Assembly: GCA_028534125.1 (NCBI GenBank)
Contig: CM052832.1
Span: 18,664,001 to 18,728,000, forward strand
DNA length: 64,000 nt
Reading direction: 5' to 3'
Origin: Lama glama
Taxonomy: Eukaryota
The first letter of the stretch is position 1. Each line of letters opens with the position of its first letter. Made by a program: the position numbers and the translations under genes. Shown in pieces: positions 30,007 to 44,241 of the stretch. Below the pieces are notes generated by a model. The model was not told the origin of the DNA. It did no database searches and worked only from the letters and a program-made list of their open reading frames with translations.

Positions 30007-33000
30007 TCAGACAACTGGCAGGTCCACCCCAGCTTCATGCTGGCATCCGAAGTGTTACGGCATACTCACTGTACTGAATGCAGAGGCATTCGTGGTAAGA
30101 TTTAGAAAGACACATCTATACCAATTTACCATACCAGATTGTCCTCCTGGTGTCAGCAAAGAAAGTGACAGATAGCTCCAGAAAATATATCAGATTTGAA
30201 CTCTTGTGCCATTTCACAAATCACAGAAACCTCAAATCACGGTGAACCATTCAATAGCTCTATCAAAAGAGCAGTGCAAGCGAACCACAGTAACTACTGC
30301 CAGTTTTCTTCTTTCAGAAGAAGAGCTTTAATTTTAGGTAAAATTATCATTGTTATAAGAATAATTTAAAAAACATGAATAATGAGAGACAAAAATATTT
30401 ACAGAGCATTTTATAAACATGAATAAAAACAGTCAAACACACTTATAAGCACCTCGGAGCTTTAAAAATGTTTCTGCACATTTTCTCCTTCCAACATCTG
30501 TGAGGATGAGTAGAGCAGCTCTTCATGGGATCATTATTTTATAGTTGACGAATGGGAGCTAAGGGAAATTAAACGATTTGCCTGAGATGGATGATACAGC
30601 CAGTAAGTGCGGAAAGGACTTTCACGTTAGCGTCAGACCTAAATTTGAATCCTAGCTGAGTGATGCTGGGCTAAGTTACTCATCTCTCAATTTTATTTTC
30701 CTCATCTATAAAATGGCAAATAAAAAAGTTCTTGCCTCATAGTATTATTGAAGATTAAATGATATATGTAAAGTGTTCAGTATTGAGTCCAGCATACAAT
30801 AAAAGCTCAGTATATCAGAGATAAAGTTACCAGCTTTTGAAAGCCAGGCTTGATCCCGTTACTATTCCAGTATGAATAGGATTAATGGAGCATCATTATG
30901 GAAAGACTAGTACACTGGTCTCTCTGCTCACATATTCACATGCAAAGCACAATCCCACTGTAAAACCTCTCATTACGCTGCAGGATGAGCAGTAGAGCAG
31001 CAGGATGTTTATAACGATCTCGTGAAAAACAGGCAAGGAGAGGTGGGAGGCAGCCACTTGAGAAGTGTCCAAAAGCCACTCATACCTTGACGGTGTTCTG
31101 TCGCTATTAGAACTCTGACTAATCACTGATTTTGTACATTGTTCCAAGAAAGCTGCAAGCAATGCCAAATGAGTCAGTTTAAGACAAATCATTTTCCTCT
31201 TTGGCATTAAAATAAACACATTCCGTTCCAGATGGAGTAGCAGCGCAGCACTGCTGAGAAGAACAACCTCAGGTAGCAATATGCTTTTTGAATTCCGTCA
31301 TGTTCATCAACATATCCGTGACTTTCTGAAAGGGCTCCCCGAATGACGGAGCTGATTCAGTTAGAATGAACTCCAGGACTAAAAGGAGGAGACCTGGCTT
31401 CCGATGTAGACCCTGACATGAAATTTCTGTGGAATGTTAAGTAAGTGAGTAGCATTAAGTGAATAACCTCTGCTGGTCTCTGCATTCCCCATATCCCCAG
31501 GGCATAGCATAGTTTCTGGAACAATCTCTAGGAAACATATAAATAGTACTACAAGCTCAGGGACTTACCGAGTGTGGGAACTCAACAGTCAGTCCATCCT
31601 TCCTCTACTGACCTTCAAAGCTACCTCCCTGAAGGTGGCATTACTAAAATTTGCATATATGCAGGGCTCCATTTCTGGGATCTCTCTCTCTGTCACATTG
31701 GTTTGTCTACCTCTGCATACTGTCCTAGTTATAAGTCTTTATATGTGGTAGAGCAAGACAGCCAGCCTTCTCGTCCTTCGTAAGTGGCTGACCTATCCTT
31801 GAATACTGCTTTCCCATATTTAGAATTAGCTTTGTCTAGTTCTGTTAAAAACCTGTTGGAATTTTTATTAAAATGTATCCAGTAATAGATCAGTTTGGAA
31901 AAAACTGACAACCAAAGAGTGAGACTGACTCTTCTACCCATAAACATGACACATATTTCACTTTGTTTTAGATTTTCTTTAATGGCATTCAAATTTTATA
32001 GTTTTTTTTTATTGAAGTGTTATAAATCTTTTTTTTTTCAATTTATTCCTATTTATTTTGGTCTTTTTGAAGTAATATGACTTTTTCCTCCTCTGGCTCC
32101 TTTTAAGATCTTTTCTTCTTCTGTATTTTCCACTTCTCATTATGATGGTTCAAGACAGGATTTGCTTCTATCTTTCCTGCATGGGTTTTGCTGGACTTTT
32201 TGAATCAGAAAATTCTGGTCTTTCATCAATCCCTGAAATTCTCAGCTACCATCTCTTCAACCGTTACCTTCTCCTGTTCTCTCTTTTCTTTCCTTCTGGA
32301 AATCTAATTTAGGCTTATGTTAATTTTTCTCACTCTACCAAATGTTTCTTAACTCTTCTTACATATCTCCATTTTGTTAGTCTATGTGTATTACCTTCAG
32401 ACTATGTGAACTGAGCAGGCCCTGGACTTGAAATGGGATAATCAGATTTCATTTTGCATGTATCTCCCCAAGGAGAGTTATGAGGGTCTGTTTCTTAACT
32501 GTAAAAATAACTAATGGTACTTAGAAAACCTCTACAATATTTGTAAAATAAATTGGGTTAATATCCTTACATGGCAGCTACACTCACATTTTCTTGAGCA
32601 AATGACTAGCTGTAATTCATTACAAACAAATACAACTTCCACACTCAAGTGCTCTGAGATCTTTCTCTTTTGCTTTGAAAAATATAAAGTATGGAAAAAT
32701 AAGAAAACTCAGGGAACTTTGCAAGCAGACTGAGTTAATACTTGCCAAAATGCCACCTCAGGCCACATTTCCTAACAAGCCTGATATTTACCAGTGAAGA
32801 ATTTCACAGGTGAAGCCCTGAGGGAAATGAAGAATTTTCAAGGCCAAAACAAGCACTCTAAAATTTAAGTGCAGAAGGGAAAAACCAAAGTTTCCTTATG
32901 TTAAAACATTCAGATGCTACTTATTCATCTATGATTACTCCAGCAATAAAAGTTAGGATCAAAAAAGGGAAGACAGTAGGGGAGTTGTCATTTTAAAATA

Positions 33001-34712
33001 CCCCCAAAGAGGCCAGTCCAGAGAAAATATCACAGCTTTTCAAAGAAGGAATTTCTCCAAACTTTCTGCTTTCTTCTCCTCCGGGGAGTTTGCTAAGAAG
33101 GCTGGCTCTTCTGGCCACTTCTTTTGCTTTTCTGAACTAGTTATTTTTTGAAAGAAAGCTCAAAGAGCCATTTGAACTTATTCTCATCCAATATTCAAAA
33201 TATGTACTGCTGGCCATGATAGAGGATGATAAAATATTAAGGAATATAATCCTCCCAATCATCATGAGACCAAGATGATCCTGCACAAGGCGGCTTAGTC
33301 CCCCCAAAATTAGGTGACTTGCTTGGAGCAAACTGTTAGCAGGTAGCAAACACAGGACACAAATCCAGGCCTGCTAGTCCCCCCTCTTTTTTTTTTAATT
33401 CATTATCATAAAAACTTATTTTCACAAATTAATCCCTCCACTTTAGCCTCTACTAATATAACATGTTAATTTTAGGGAATTTGGGAAATAGAGAAAGGAC
33501 TATTTTAACCAGAGAAATTTAATACTAGTAGTGAAATAAATAAAGACCACAGTAGCTTAATAAGAAACTGAATATTGATTGTAGTAAAAATATTTTTGTT
33601 CCTACATAGTTTTAAGAAAATCAGGGTGCTGGAGGGCTATATAAATAGACAAATGAGGATTTTTTTTTTAAATCATAAAATGCTGTTCACTTGTCAGGTA
33701 ACCTGGAAGGAAAGGGAAAAGAAGTGACTGCCTGTCATCTGTTGAAAGTATCAAAAGCTAAATGTGAGCCCAGTTAAAGGGAGATTAATAAGTAACATTT
33801 AATTTAGAAGTTGTGATTGAGGATTTGCTGTGATTCATGCCAGACATCCCCAAAGGGAAAGGAACCTGCAACTCAAAAGGATCAGAGTAAAGAAAACTAA
33901 AGGAGTTGGAGACAGAAAAAGTAGGGCACTTGGGATCCAAGATAGTGAGAATGAGAGAAAAGCAGGCCATGACGCTTGGAAATAAGGAAGCTGTGATGAA
34001 TGGAGAACACTGGTGACAATGACAAGGGGCCAGAAAGGTCAGACTCAAAAAATGTGGGGAATGTCTATTTACAGAAAAGTATTTTGGGTCCTAAATATAT
34101 TTATATTATTTCAGGCTTTTAAAAAGTCAAATGCCTATTACTACAGACCTCTGCCTTCTACTTCCGCCCGATAACAGGCAAGAGCCATTTCCAACCACCT
34201 GGTGCGCTGGGAAGGAAATGGACCAGAGGTATGAAGGCTGTGTAACTTGTGGTTTAGACCAGTTGAAACAAGTATCCGTAGGAAGCTGTTTGACAGAGAA
34301 GTCCTGCTGCAATGTTTCATGCTGATTTAAATGCCAGCTTGTTTTTGGTATATAAGGAGTTCTTACAAAGAGTTTAAAGGGAAAAATTAGACGATAGATA
34401 CAAATGTGTAATTTACAAAAGAAGAAATACAAATGGATAATAAAATTACTTGATGCATCACTGGTTATTAAAGAAATCCAAAAGACAAAAGGAGTTTTTT
34501 TTTAACCCATTACACTCACAAATATTACAAGGTGAATATATTTCATATTAGTGAGGGTGTAGCAAAACAAGCAATTGGGTACACTACTGGAGAACAGTGG
34601 CAAACACGTGTGAAAGTATAAAACTCATGTACCCTTTGACCTAGGAATGGATCAGTTACAGGCATTTACTCTAAAAGAATTAATCAGAAATTAGAATATA
34701 AATTATGCTGGC

Positions 34713-35588
34713 TGTGAGATAATAGAAAATATATTTTGGTCTCTGCCCTTGGTTCCTGGCACAGAGCTCCTGAAACCCTTGTATTTCCCTAAATGATAAG
34801 AACACTAGGAGCATCTTTTGTTCTAATATTTGTTCTCTGACGCTAGTTCCTGACCCAGGGCTCCTGAACCCTTGTAATGTCCTGGGTGTTAGGAGTGTAT
34901 TTTGTAATATTGAGGTAACTCTGGTTGGGCTCCTGGATGAGGGCTGGCCCCTGGAAAGACTAAGCCACAGTTAGACGTTAGGAATTTTTGGCCCTACCCC
35001 CTACTCTCCTGAGGAGGGCTGAAAATGGAGTTAATGACTGATCATGCACACATGATGAAGCCTCCATAAAATCCTAAAAGCATGGGTTCAGAGAGCTTCT
35101 GGGTTGGTGAACACATGGACGTGCTAGGAGAGTGGTGCACCCTAAGAGAGCACAGAAGCCCCGAGACCCTTCCCATACACCTTGCTCTGAGCATTTCTTC
35201 CATCTGGCTGTTCATCTGTATCTTTTATCAGATCCTTTCATAAACTGATAAACATAAATAAGGTTCTCCCTGAGTTCTGGGAGCCACTGTAGGAAGTTAC
35301 TTGAATCTGAACCTCAAACTTATCCCTGACTGGTCAGAAGCACACATGACAACCTGGACTCCCAGCTGGCATCTGAAGTGGTGTGGGGGCCATCTTGTGA
35401 GACTGAGCCCTTCCCCTGTGGGATGTGACACTACCTCCAGGTAGACAGTGTCTGAATTGAGTTATATGGTAGGAGACCCAGCTGAGCGGGGGAAAATCCC
35501 CTCACATCTGATCACCACAAGTGTCAGAAGTGAGGAGTTCTATGTGAAAGTAAGAGAGAGACGCATAGGAAGACTGAGCTTTCCAACA
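34713..35588 (+). mobile_element. Solo LTR, MER21-like, nested in an old L1
   Basis: Starts TGTGAGATAATAGAAAATATATTTTGGTCTCTGCCC, ends ...TTTCCAACA; colinear with 59159-60112; L1-like sequence on both sides (about 34380-34710 and 35590-35860). Confidence 0.75.
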
Positions 35589-36056
35589 TGCTGATACATC
35601 TATACAATGACATACTATGTAGCCATTAAAATGACAGTTACTCACTGATCTAGAATTGAATTCATGACATTGTACCAAATATAAAAGAGCTATGTATAGC
35701 ATGATCACATATATGTAAAATTGTGAGTGTAGAAAAGAATGTCTGGGAATTCGCTAAATACTAAGAATGATGCTATCTCTGGGATTCCAAGTAATTTTTA
35801 CTTTCATCTTTTTATACTCATTAATATTGTTTAAATGTTTCATAATGAGAAAGTTTCACTTTTTAAAGTCAGAAGTAAATAAGCAACAAAGATGACTTCA
35901 TTTTAAATGTGTAAGAAAGTATCCTTTTTATATATTCCACTCTTCATGGAAGATAAAGCAAGTGCTTTCAGGTAACAAGTGATCTGGCTGAACTCTATGC
36001 CGACCAACCAGTTTTTTCTCTACCCCTTTGTCTTTGCTCAGAATGTATTCAAAATA

Positions 36057-36556
36057 NNNNNNNNNNNNNNNNNNNNNNNNNNNNNNNNNNNNNNNNNNNN
36101 NNNNNNNNNNNNNNNNNNNNNNNNNNNNNNNNNNNNNNNNNNNNNNNNNNNNNNNNNNNNNNNNNNNNNNNNNNNNNNNNNNNNNNNNNNNNNNNNNNNN
36201 NNNNNNNNNNNNNNNNNNNNNNNNNNNNNNNNNNNNNNNNNNNNNNNNNNNNNNNNNNNNNNNNNNNNNNNNNNNNNNNNNNNNNNNNNNNNNNNNNNNN
36301 NNNNNNNNNNNNNNNNNNNNNNNNNNNNNNNNNNNNNNNNNNNNNNNNNNNNNNNNNNNNNNNNNNNNNNNNNNNNNNNNNNNNNNNNNNNNNNNNNNNN
36401 NNNNNNNNNNNNNNNNNNNNNNNNNNNNNNNNNNNNNNNNNNNNNNNNNNNNNNNNNNNNNNNNNNNNNNNNNNNNNNNNNNNNNNNNNNNNNNNNNNNN
36501 NNNNNNNNNNNNNNNNNNNNNNNNNNNNNNNNNNNNNNNNNNNNNNNNNNNNNNNN
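36057..36556. other. Assembly gap, 500 N
   Basis: Run of exactly 500 N; CARMIL1 exon strand switches across it. Confidence 0.99.
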
Positions 36557-39500
36557 AATAACTTTCAAAAATAGTTATATTTAGTGAGCCATATAAAACT
36601 GACATTTTTGTAAGTCAAAAATGGCAGACTGTTGGCAATTTTATGATTCCACAAATGGCTGGTAGACTTCTTCCATTATAACTTTTTCTTATTAAGGCAG
36701 GAATCCAGATCTGATAGTGGGATTGGCCACTATTGTGATGATAATTCCAGCTTCATTTTGGCCTTTCCTTTATGAATTATATGATAAAATGATGCCACTG
36801 AGATGGGGAACCCTTAAAACTGCCATCTTAAAAAACCATATTCTTCCATCATCTTACAGCTTGAATCACAATCCTGGTGACCACGTTTATAAAGTCACAC
36901 ATTATACGTGCTGCTCATGAAAATTAATGAAACACAAAATCATTTTTCTAAATTAAGGAGTCTTGTTACATTTTTTCCTCTTAAAGCTGGATGTCCAGAT
37001 TTAACTAGGTTTCACTTTGCTTGTCTCCATGATACAGTAAACCTCTCTCCTATAAATGTCCTTAGAGTTACAATGTTATCTGTGTAGAATGCTTGGCACC
37101 TTGAGTATTAACTACAACTCTTTAAATCAGTACTTCAGAGTTTATGTAATACTCTGGGAAAAAAAGCTTTCACTAACTTGGAAATTTAAAATTATGCATG
37201 TGTGTATTTTTTTCTGTTCATTCTCTATTCAGCCACAGTACACACAGTCTTCTCTACTCTTAGCGGGCCAGTCAAAACCATGGAAGAACTCATCACTTAA
37301 CCTTCTCTGATGATCAGATAGATGCCCCCACTTATGGTGGTGGGGAATGAAACTTCACTCTGATGGCATTATCATCTTGGGAAGTCATTTCCTTGGGGAT
37401 GACTTACTCAAGATGAGGGGCTGACGGATCTGAAAGGAGTTAAATGTCTAACTGATGTAATACTGGGAGTTTGGGATGTGGGCACTATGTGTGTTCAGCG
37501 CCCCCTACAGATGCCTCAAAATACAACAGTCTACCCAAACCGTGGAAGCAAAGAATGGAGGTGAAATACCCTGAAATCTTTTTTCATATTTATAAATAGA
37601 TCACTTACTTTATTATAAAATAGCTGCTCTCCACTGATTAACTTTAAAATCAGGTTTATGTGGGTGTCATAGAAAGTAAAGGACTATCATCTAAGTTTAT
37701 TGGGAGGAGAAAGTAACCTTGAAGTGGGAATTAAAATTGTCTAGACAGGAAACTTAGAATAACTTTGTTTAAGCAAATTATTTTGCTTTTACCATTTACT
37801 GGTTTCTTTACTGTTCGTGTTTACCTTTCCTGGTGAGTTATCTTTGTCGCATTTGGGGGCTATTTCTGTATTGCCCTGAAGGAGGCATTTCACATTCATC
37901 AATTTGAATGAAAGAGATTTACACTCCATGCCATTTTTTTTAAAAGCATCGTGCAAATATAAATTATGGAGTTGCTTTCCTACAACACAAATATCATTGT
38001 TATTTAGAAACTTAAATCCGAAATTTGGGGCTGTAATCTTTTGATCTGTGAGGGCTCACCTAGTCAGGACTGAAATTTAACCTTATTTACAGATAACTTC
38101 TGTGCTTAGAGAAAACACTTACCTGTTTCATATTTATTGTGATAACATTTCATTTTCTTTCCCTTGGTCTTCTAGTACCAAAAAGGAGTAATCTTTTTTT
38201 CTTTGCGAAAAATGAGAAAATGACTCAAAGTAGTTAAGTGAGGCAAAAGAGTGTCATAGCGAAGGGCAGACACTTTGGAATCCAAAAGGCCCCCTTTGGA
38301 ACCTGGCTCAGCCACTTGGCTTATCAGGTGGTTTCCCTTCTTCCAGGCTTTTTCACCCATGGAATGGGGCTTATACTGTATCCACCGGGAACTGGTTCCA
38401 GCAGCTGCCTTAGGCATCAAAATCTGCAGGTGCTCAGGTCCCTCATATTAGATGGCAGAGTTCAGTGAATCCAGCTGTCCTTCCATATCTGCGGGTTTCT
38501 CATCCACAGATTAAACCAACTAAGGATTGAAATTCTGCGGAGGGCGGATTGACAGTTTGCAGGGCTAGTATTTGGCATGATGCTAAGCCTGGGATACATG
38601 AACTGTTATCTGGGGAGGAACGGGGTTACCACAGAGGAGGCTTATTTTCAATGTCAGAAATCACAGCATGGGTCAGTATTGCTTTTCTAAAAATTTTTAT
38701 TTAGAAGCCTTAAATTATTCTACCTTTCCTAAACATTATTTTAAAAAAGTTTACCTTCAAAGCTATTTTAGATCTTTCAAGAAGACTTAGTCTCATCAAT
38801 TTATAGGGACACCTGATTTTGGATACAGAGCAGTATTACCCCTCTATGGCCAGACTTGCCTCTGAATGGCCTCTGGCTGATCCTAATTCCCTCTCAAAGC
38901 ATAAGGACTTGGTGTCTGTGCAGATGTTCAAAGAAGTGTGTATGTTCCACTGCCCTCAAAGTTAGTTCCGGAAGCGTTAGGAACCTGTTTTGTATAGTGG
39001 TAGTAATGTTGGTGTTCACAAGTGTTCTCCCCCGAACCCCTCTGCCTGAAAGTAGCAAAGTATATGCATTCTGGCCTGGGTTTAAGATCTTATTACTTCC
39101 TAGTCATCCTTCAAGAGAAGAAGAAATAAGTGCTGGCACCGAATTCTTCAAGCTTAATCTCCTTCCAAGAGAGAGAGGAATTTCTCTAAGACTTCAGAGA
39201 AAATGCAAAGGCTAATTATAGCTGAGGATTTGTTGCGTGTCTGGATGTGGGAGTTGGTTCTTTTAAAGAAAAACTTTCCTGCACGCGATTCCACATTCAT
39301 TGCAAGGTGCTTTGATGATGGGTAGAAAAAAAGAGCATCCGATATTAAAATTTGTAACGAGGAGGATCTCGCAGCAAGGGACTGGTAACTTGTGAGGCAG
39401 TTCCATTCGATTTGATAGTCACTGAGCCAGCTTTGAGGGGAGAACGTGGGTTTGCTTGTGTGCATTGTGAGTCATTGCTGCACCCCTCACTGTCCCTGTC

Positions 39501-39628
39501 CTGTCAGGCTGGGCATGGAATGCAAAATGAAAAACGCTGCAGTGCAGGATGGGTGTATAAAGCCATATAATACGTGCAGCTATTTAGAAATGCAACCATC
39601 TCCATTCTCTTGGAAATGACTGTATATA

Positions 39629-39844
39629 CAGTTGACTCTTGAACATCATGGGTTTGAACTGCATGGGTCCACTCATATATGGAGTTTTCACTAAATACCT
39701 ACTATAGTACTACATGGTAGTTGGTTGAATGAGCTCATGGGGAAGGAACCATGGTTACTGAGGGCAATTGTAAAGTTATACTCGGATTTTTGATTGTGTG
39801 AAGGCTATGCTCCTAACTCCCCTGAGTCGTTCAAGGGTCAATTG
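39629..39844 (+). mobile_element. Tigger2a-like MITE (TcMar DNA transposon)
   Basis: TIRs CAGTTGACTCTTGAAC / GTTCAAGGGTCAATTG, TA on the left; followed by a (TG)n tract to about 39862. Confidence 0.75.
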
Positions 39845-40055
39845 TGTGTGTGTGTGTGTGTGTATTTCTTAGGTTCTAAATTGCCTTACGGGATCAAACC
39901 TTGCTAGCAAGATGACATGTTGAACTGGATCTTGTCAAATCATTTTTTGTTCTTGGAGAAATCTCTGGTGTTCACAGTTTTATGTGAGAAAACTTCCCAG
40001 GATAGAAAATTATTTTTTATTAAAAATGGAACCCCTATAGAAGAAAAGTGATGAG

Positions 40056-40210
40056 TGGGGGAGGGTATAGCTCAGTGGTAGAGTGCATGCCTAGCATGCA
40101 CGATGTCCTGGGTTCAAGCCCCAGTACCTCCATTAAAAATAAATTAAAAAACCTCATCCCCCCCAAAGATTAATTAAAAAATAAATAAATATAAAAAATT
40201 AACTGTTAAA
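40056..40210 (+). mobile_element. tRNA-Ala-derived SINE (camelid Vic-1-like), full length
   Basis: GGGGGAGGGTATAGCTCAGTGGTAGAGTGCATGCCTAGCATGCACGATGTCCTGGGTTCAAGCCCCAGTACCTCC (Pol III A and B boxes), A-rich tail, TSD AAAAGTGATGA at 40044-40054 and 40211-40221. Confidence 0.9.
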
Positions 40211-40919
40211 AAAAGTGATGAATAGAGGAGATGTTTTATATTTAAATCTGTAATATTTGCCACCTCTTTTTAAATGACAAGTGTTCTTGGGGAAGGAAAC
40301 TGAATTCAAAGTTTTCTACATTTTAGCTTTCCTTGCTTCTTGTCCATGAGGATAAATATGGGTATTTGAGTACTAGGTAGAACTATTCACTTAGAACTAT
40401 GAGTAACAGCTGAAGTGTTCTACCCTCCTTGCGTGAGAGGACACTTCTCTCTTAAAGGAAATGTGGTTTTATTTTTAACATTTCATGAAGTATTCAGTGA
40501 TTGAATTACATTTGCTCCTCTTTGATCTTGCTTTTAAATAATGCTAGTGTGTGAGAGCCAAATGAGGGTAATTTGAAAACAAGTTTTACATGCATACATA
40601 CAGACACAGCCTGTAATTATGCAAACTCATTTAGAAGGATTTTCATTTACAGTAATGGAAAAGCTTTTTACTGTTTTGGGAAAGCGTTCACTTTGGGGGA
40701 ATTTTAGGCATCTAATAACCTGTGAATTCAATTGAATGTTCTTGGTAACTAAAGATAAGCTGTTTTCTTATTTAAGTTTTTGATTTTTATGTAGGGAATA
40801 TACTTTAGGTGAAGTGCTTTTTTTACATGGTATGTGGTGGTGTGAGACTTCGCTCGTCTGTCCTTACTCTGCTTGCTGCTGATAACGTTTTTTGTTTTTT
40901 CTCCTTGTGCTTTCCTTAG

Positions 40920-40931
40920 CTTGGCCACTGT
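40920..40931 (+). CDS. CARMIL1: 12-nt alternative microexon of CARMIL1 (LGHC) in the LRR domain
   Basis: ttttttctccttgtgctttccttag|CTT GGC CAC TGT|gtaagt; phase 0/0; the next exon starts in phase 0 with LRSGG. I recall ...CE-LGHC-LRSGGAQ... in mouse Carmil1. Confidence 0.88.
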
Positions 40932-43042
40932 GTAAGTACTTCATGAATTACTATATTAGGAAATATTGATACTCTTTAGTATTGGAAAATGTTAGTATTA
41001 TGGGTTTATGCTACAAATGTCAGTCAGGAGTATTTGTAAAATAAACAGAATCGAGCACTGCAATCTCACCTTTATTTTCCATTTTCACAAGTGGAATAAT
41101 TTTACCATACACTATAAGAAGAAGTAGAGATTTTCTTGTAGAAATTTGACTTCTCAACAGAGACATCACTGACAGCAAATAATGAAATTGTAAAGGCTTA
41201 TGCACTTAACTTTTATCTCCTCAAAGGCATAATTTTTTTTCATGCTCTGAAAATCATGTTTCTTTGACGTGTTTGCCTAAATTATTTTTTGCTTTCACTT
41301 TGATAGACCCTACATACACATTCACTTCTTCACAACCTGGAGCAGTGTTTCTCAAAACTATTCATGAGGAACCTGGTTGTCATTAGTTTTTTAATTTCCA
41401 ATCTATCATAAACCAGTAGTTTGGCAAAAATGGAATAAAAATGAATTACTAGAAAGATTTAAAAAGATATAAAAAATACAAGCCCTCCATTTTTATTATT
41501 AGAGGCACCCAGCCTAAATTTATTCTTACTAAGGTTTCTGAAATATTTATAGTCAATTTCTATACTTACTTAATCACAATCAGTGACAAACTTGACAGAC
41601 TGCCCCCAGTCCGTGGTCCTCTCTTTGGGTAGTAGGGTGTGCTGACGACAATCTAGAGGTGGTGGCGTAAGATGGGCTCAGTGGGGCATTTGGGTAAGCT
41701 GGAGAGCACCCGAGAAAATAATGTATCATGAAATGGACTTGCTCCCTCTTGGCCAGGGCTCCACACACAGGGTTAGCAGCCCTTCGGCTGTACAGTGGAT
41801 TGGTCTTGGTTTCCCTGAAGAGTGTAGACCAGCCTCCTGGGGAGGTCTGCCTCTGTGTCTCACTGTCTGTGTTCAGAGCTCACAGTGACCTGCTGTCACC
41901 TTAAAAAATAGAAAAGACTGAATTTAAACATCCGAGCTGAAATACTCCTGAATTAAGCGATCCCTAACATCTGTGCAAAACTCTGCTTAACATACAAGCT
42001 GCCAGAGAAATTGGCAGGTTTTGGTCCAGAGTACCATAGAAATATTGCATCTAAAATAATGAAATGAGAATTCTTGAAATTTTCACAGCTAAACCTGAAC
42101 AAGTAGGAAGGAGCACCTTGTATTATAAATTTGGCATAGAAATTCATAGAAATGTTAGTTTTCTTAAGTAAATAGTGTACCGCATTCCTTGGTATGTACT
42201 GGGTTCCTAGTAAATGATCATTTCTTTTCTGTCATTATATAGTGAAATTTACTGAACAAAGAGCCACAGCTTGGGAAATGGTATCTTGCACAATGTTTTA
42301 CACATAGTAGGAATTTTTGGTTTTATGGGAAAAGATGAAAAGCATTGGGTTTTATAGGTTGCCTTTCTCTTTAGAATGAACTGGGTAATGAGATGAGAAT
42401 AATTATTTGTCCTTAGTTTTGCTATGAGCCAGCCATGATAGTAATGCTTAGATTAACCTAACATTTTTCTCTTCAGTGGCTCAGTGAGTTTGTACAAATC
42501 ATTTTGCAATCACTTTCAGATGTTTACTCCTGCTTTATAATAGTGAGACCTCACACCATTGCTATAGAACAGTTAGGGATGGGTCCTTCTTGGCAGTGAT
42601 TGACGTTCAGAGTGAAGTCTTTATTGTCTCTTTTGGTTGTTTTGCTGTTACTTGATGGAGAGTTATACCCAGAAATCTGTAATAATCAAAGAAAACAATA
42701 GCAGTTTCTCATGTATAAAAGGAATTCATTGGGTTTCCAAAAGTCAGAAGTGAAGAATATTCTTGTGGGTTGACAGAGACTGTCTTGCCAGTGGTGATGG
42801 GAGTGGGGTGATGGGAGTATCTTCTGTTTCTTTTTCCAATGATTCTCAGTCTTCTCTGATTTGGGAAACCACATAATAACTAGTGACTGGCTCTTTACCA
42901 CTGATGATAGCTTTTTTGGAATTGATAAGTTTTCACTTTTTCTTTGGGACTAAATCTAAGACTGTATTTTCTGTTTTTAATTTTTCGGTTATCCCTCCAA
43001 TAGGTGACCACTTTACCCTGTGTTTGGTTTGTGTTTCTCTAG

Positions 43043-43153
<111 letters not shown>

Positions 43154-43885
43154 TAGAAATATTATTTCAATCAAGTGAGTAAAGGGAAAATAATCTTCTA
43201 ACCCCATCTAGATGACACCTTCATAAAATTTTTTTTTCACTTCTTGACTAATAGGACTTTTTAACTTAACAGAGTTTATTTATGGAATAATTCTGTGCCA
43301 GAGTCTTAATAAGTTGAGTCCGTGGCTAAAAATGCAAGGTTTGTGCAGTAAAACAAATTCAGTTAAAAAAAATAAGACCACCAATACACTGATAAAGATC
43401 TGAGTCCAGCCTTTTGCATTCTTGCTAGTAATAAAACTGAGGCCTTGTTTATTTATTCAGAAGCATGTTTCACTAGCTTCATTTCTGCTGATGATAGTAG
43501 CACGTGAGTATGAACCTGTTAAATTTAGATAGGGAACCTTAACTGCAGTTACCTCCTAGTGAACAGTACGTCGGCATCTTCTCTCACAAAGTGATGGGGA
43601 GAGATGAAAATTTTTGCTATTATGCACCGCTGTTCCTTGCTGACTTTATGTAGCCACTGATTGCATAAGAGATTTGGTTAAGTCTTTGTAGAGAATGAGT
43701 TTCTCCCTGTGAAATAATAGGACATGAACAGAGAACAAAAAGTTCTTTTGGAAAAGAAACGATTAGAATCCCAGGGCTCTCAGGACAGTACGGAAGATCA
43801 TCCAACTGCATTGTGCCTTTGTTTAATTGCGTTCCAGCTGAGAATATGTTTATCTACATGTGTTTTGATTCTCCATTTACTCTGA

Positions 43886-43996
<111 letters not shown>

Positions 43997-44098
43997 TAAG
44001 AGTTTTGAATTTTTCTTTATATGACAATGATGAAAATAACCAGCCTCCTGAAAGCTTTTGATTTGATTCCACTGTCCACATCTTTAAAATCTCTTTAG

Positions 44099-44153
44099 AA
44101 ATCTGACACCTGTGTTGGACAACTTAGTGCAGATGATTCAAGATGAAGAATCA
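44099..44153 (+). CDS. CARMIL1: CARMIL1 coding exon (~exon 20), LRR
   Basis: ctctttag|A AAT CTG ACA...GAA TCA|gtgagt; 55 nt; (K)NLTPVLDNLVQMIQDEES; follows a 103-nt intron. Confidence 0.95.
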
Positions 44154-44241
44154 GTGAGTATCAGTTTTAATACTTTTCCCTGAAATCTTTTGTTTGTTGC
44201 CTTTCTTACTAATTATGTCTACTAGATTGTTGCTAATAGGC

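Noticed and set aside
31294..31350. Inverted repeat TCCGTCAT...ATGACGGA as a possible ncRNA hairpin
   Set aside because: Only an 8-bp stem around a 41-nt loop, with no miRNA or snoRNA features; expected by chance in 64 kb.
35928..36605. Long ORFs of 176-225 aa across the gaps (also 53459-54091)
   Set aside because: Artefacts of translating N runs.
40057..40131. Possible tRNA-Ala gene
   Set aside because: It has an A-rich tail and an 11-bp TSD, an extended G-rich 5' end and two diverged sister copies in the window, so it is a SINE rather than a tRNA gene.
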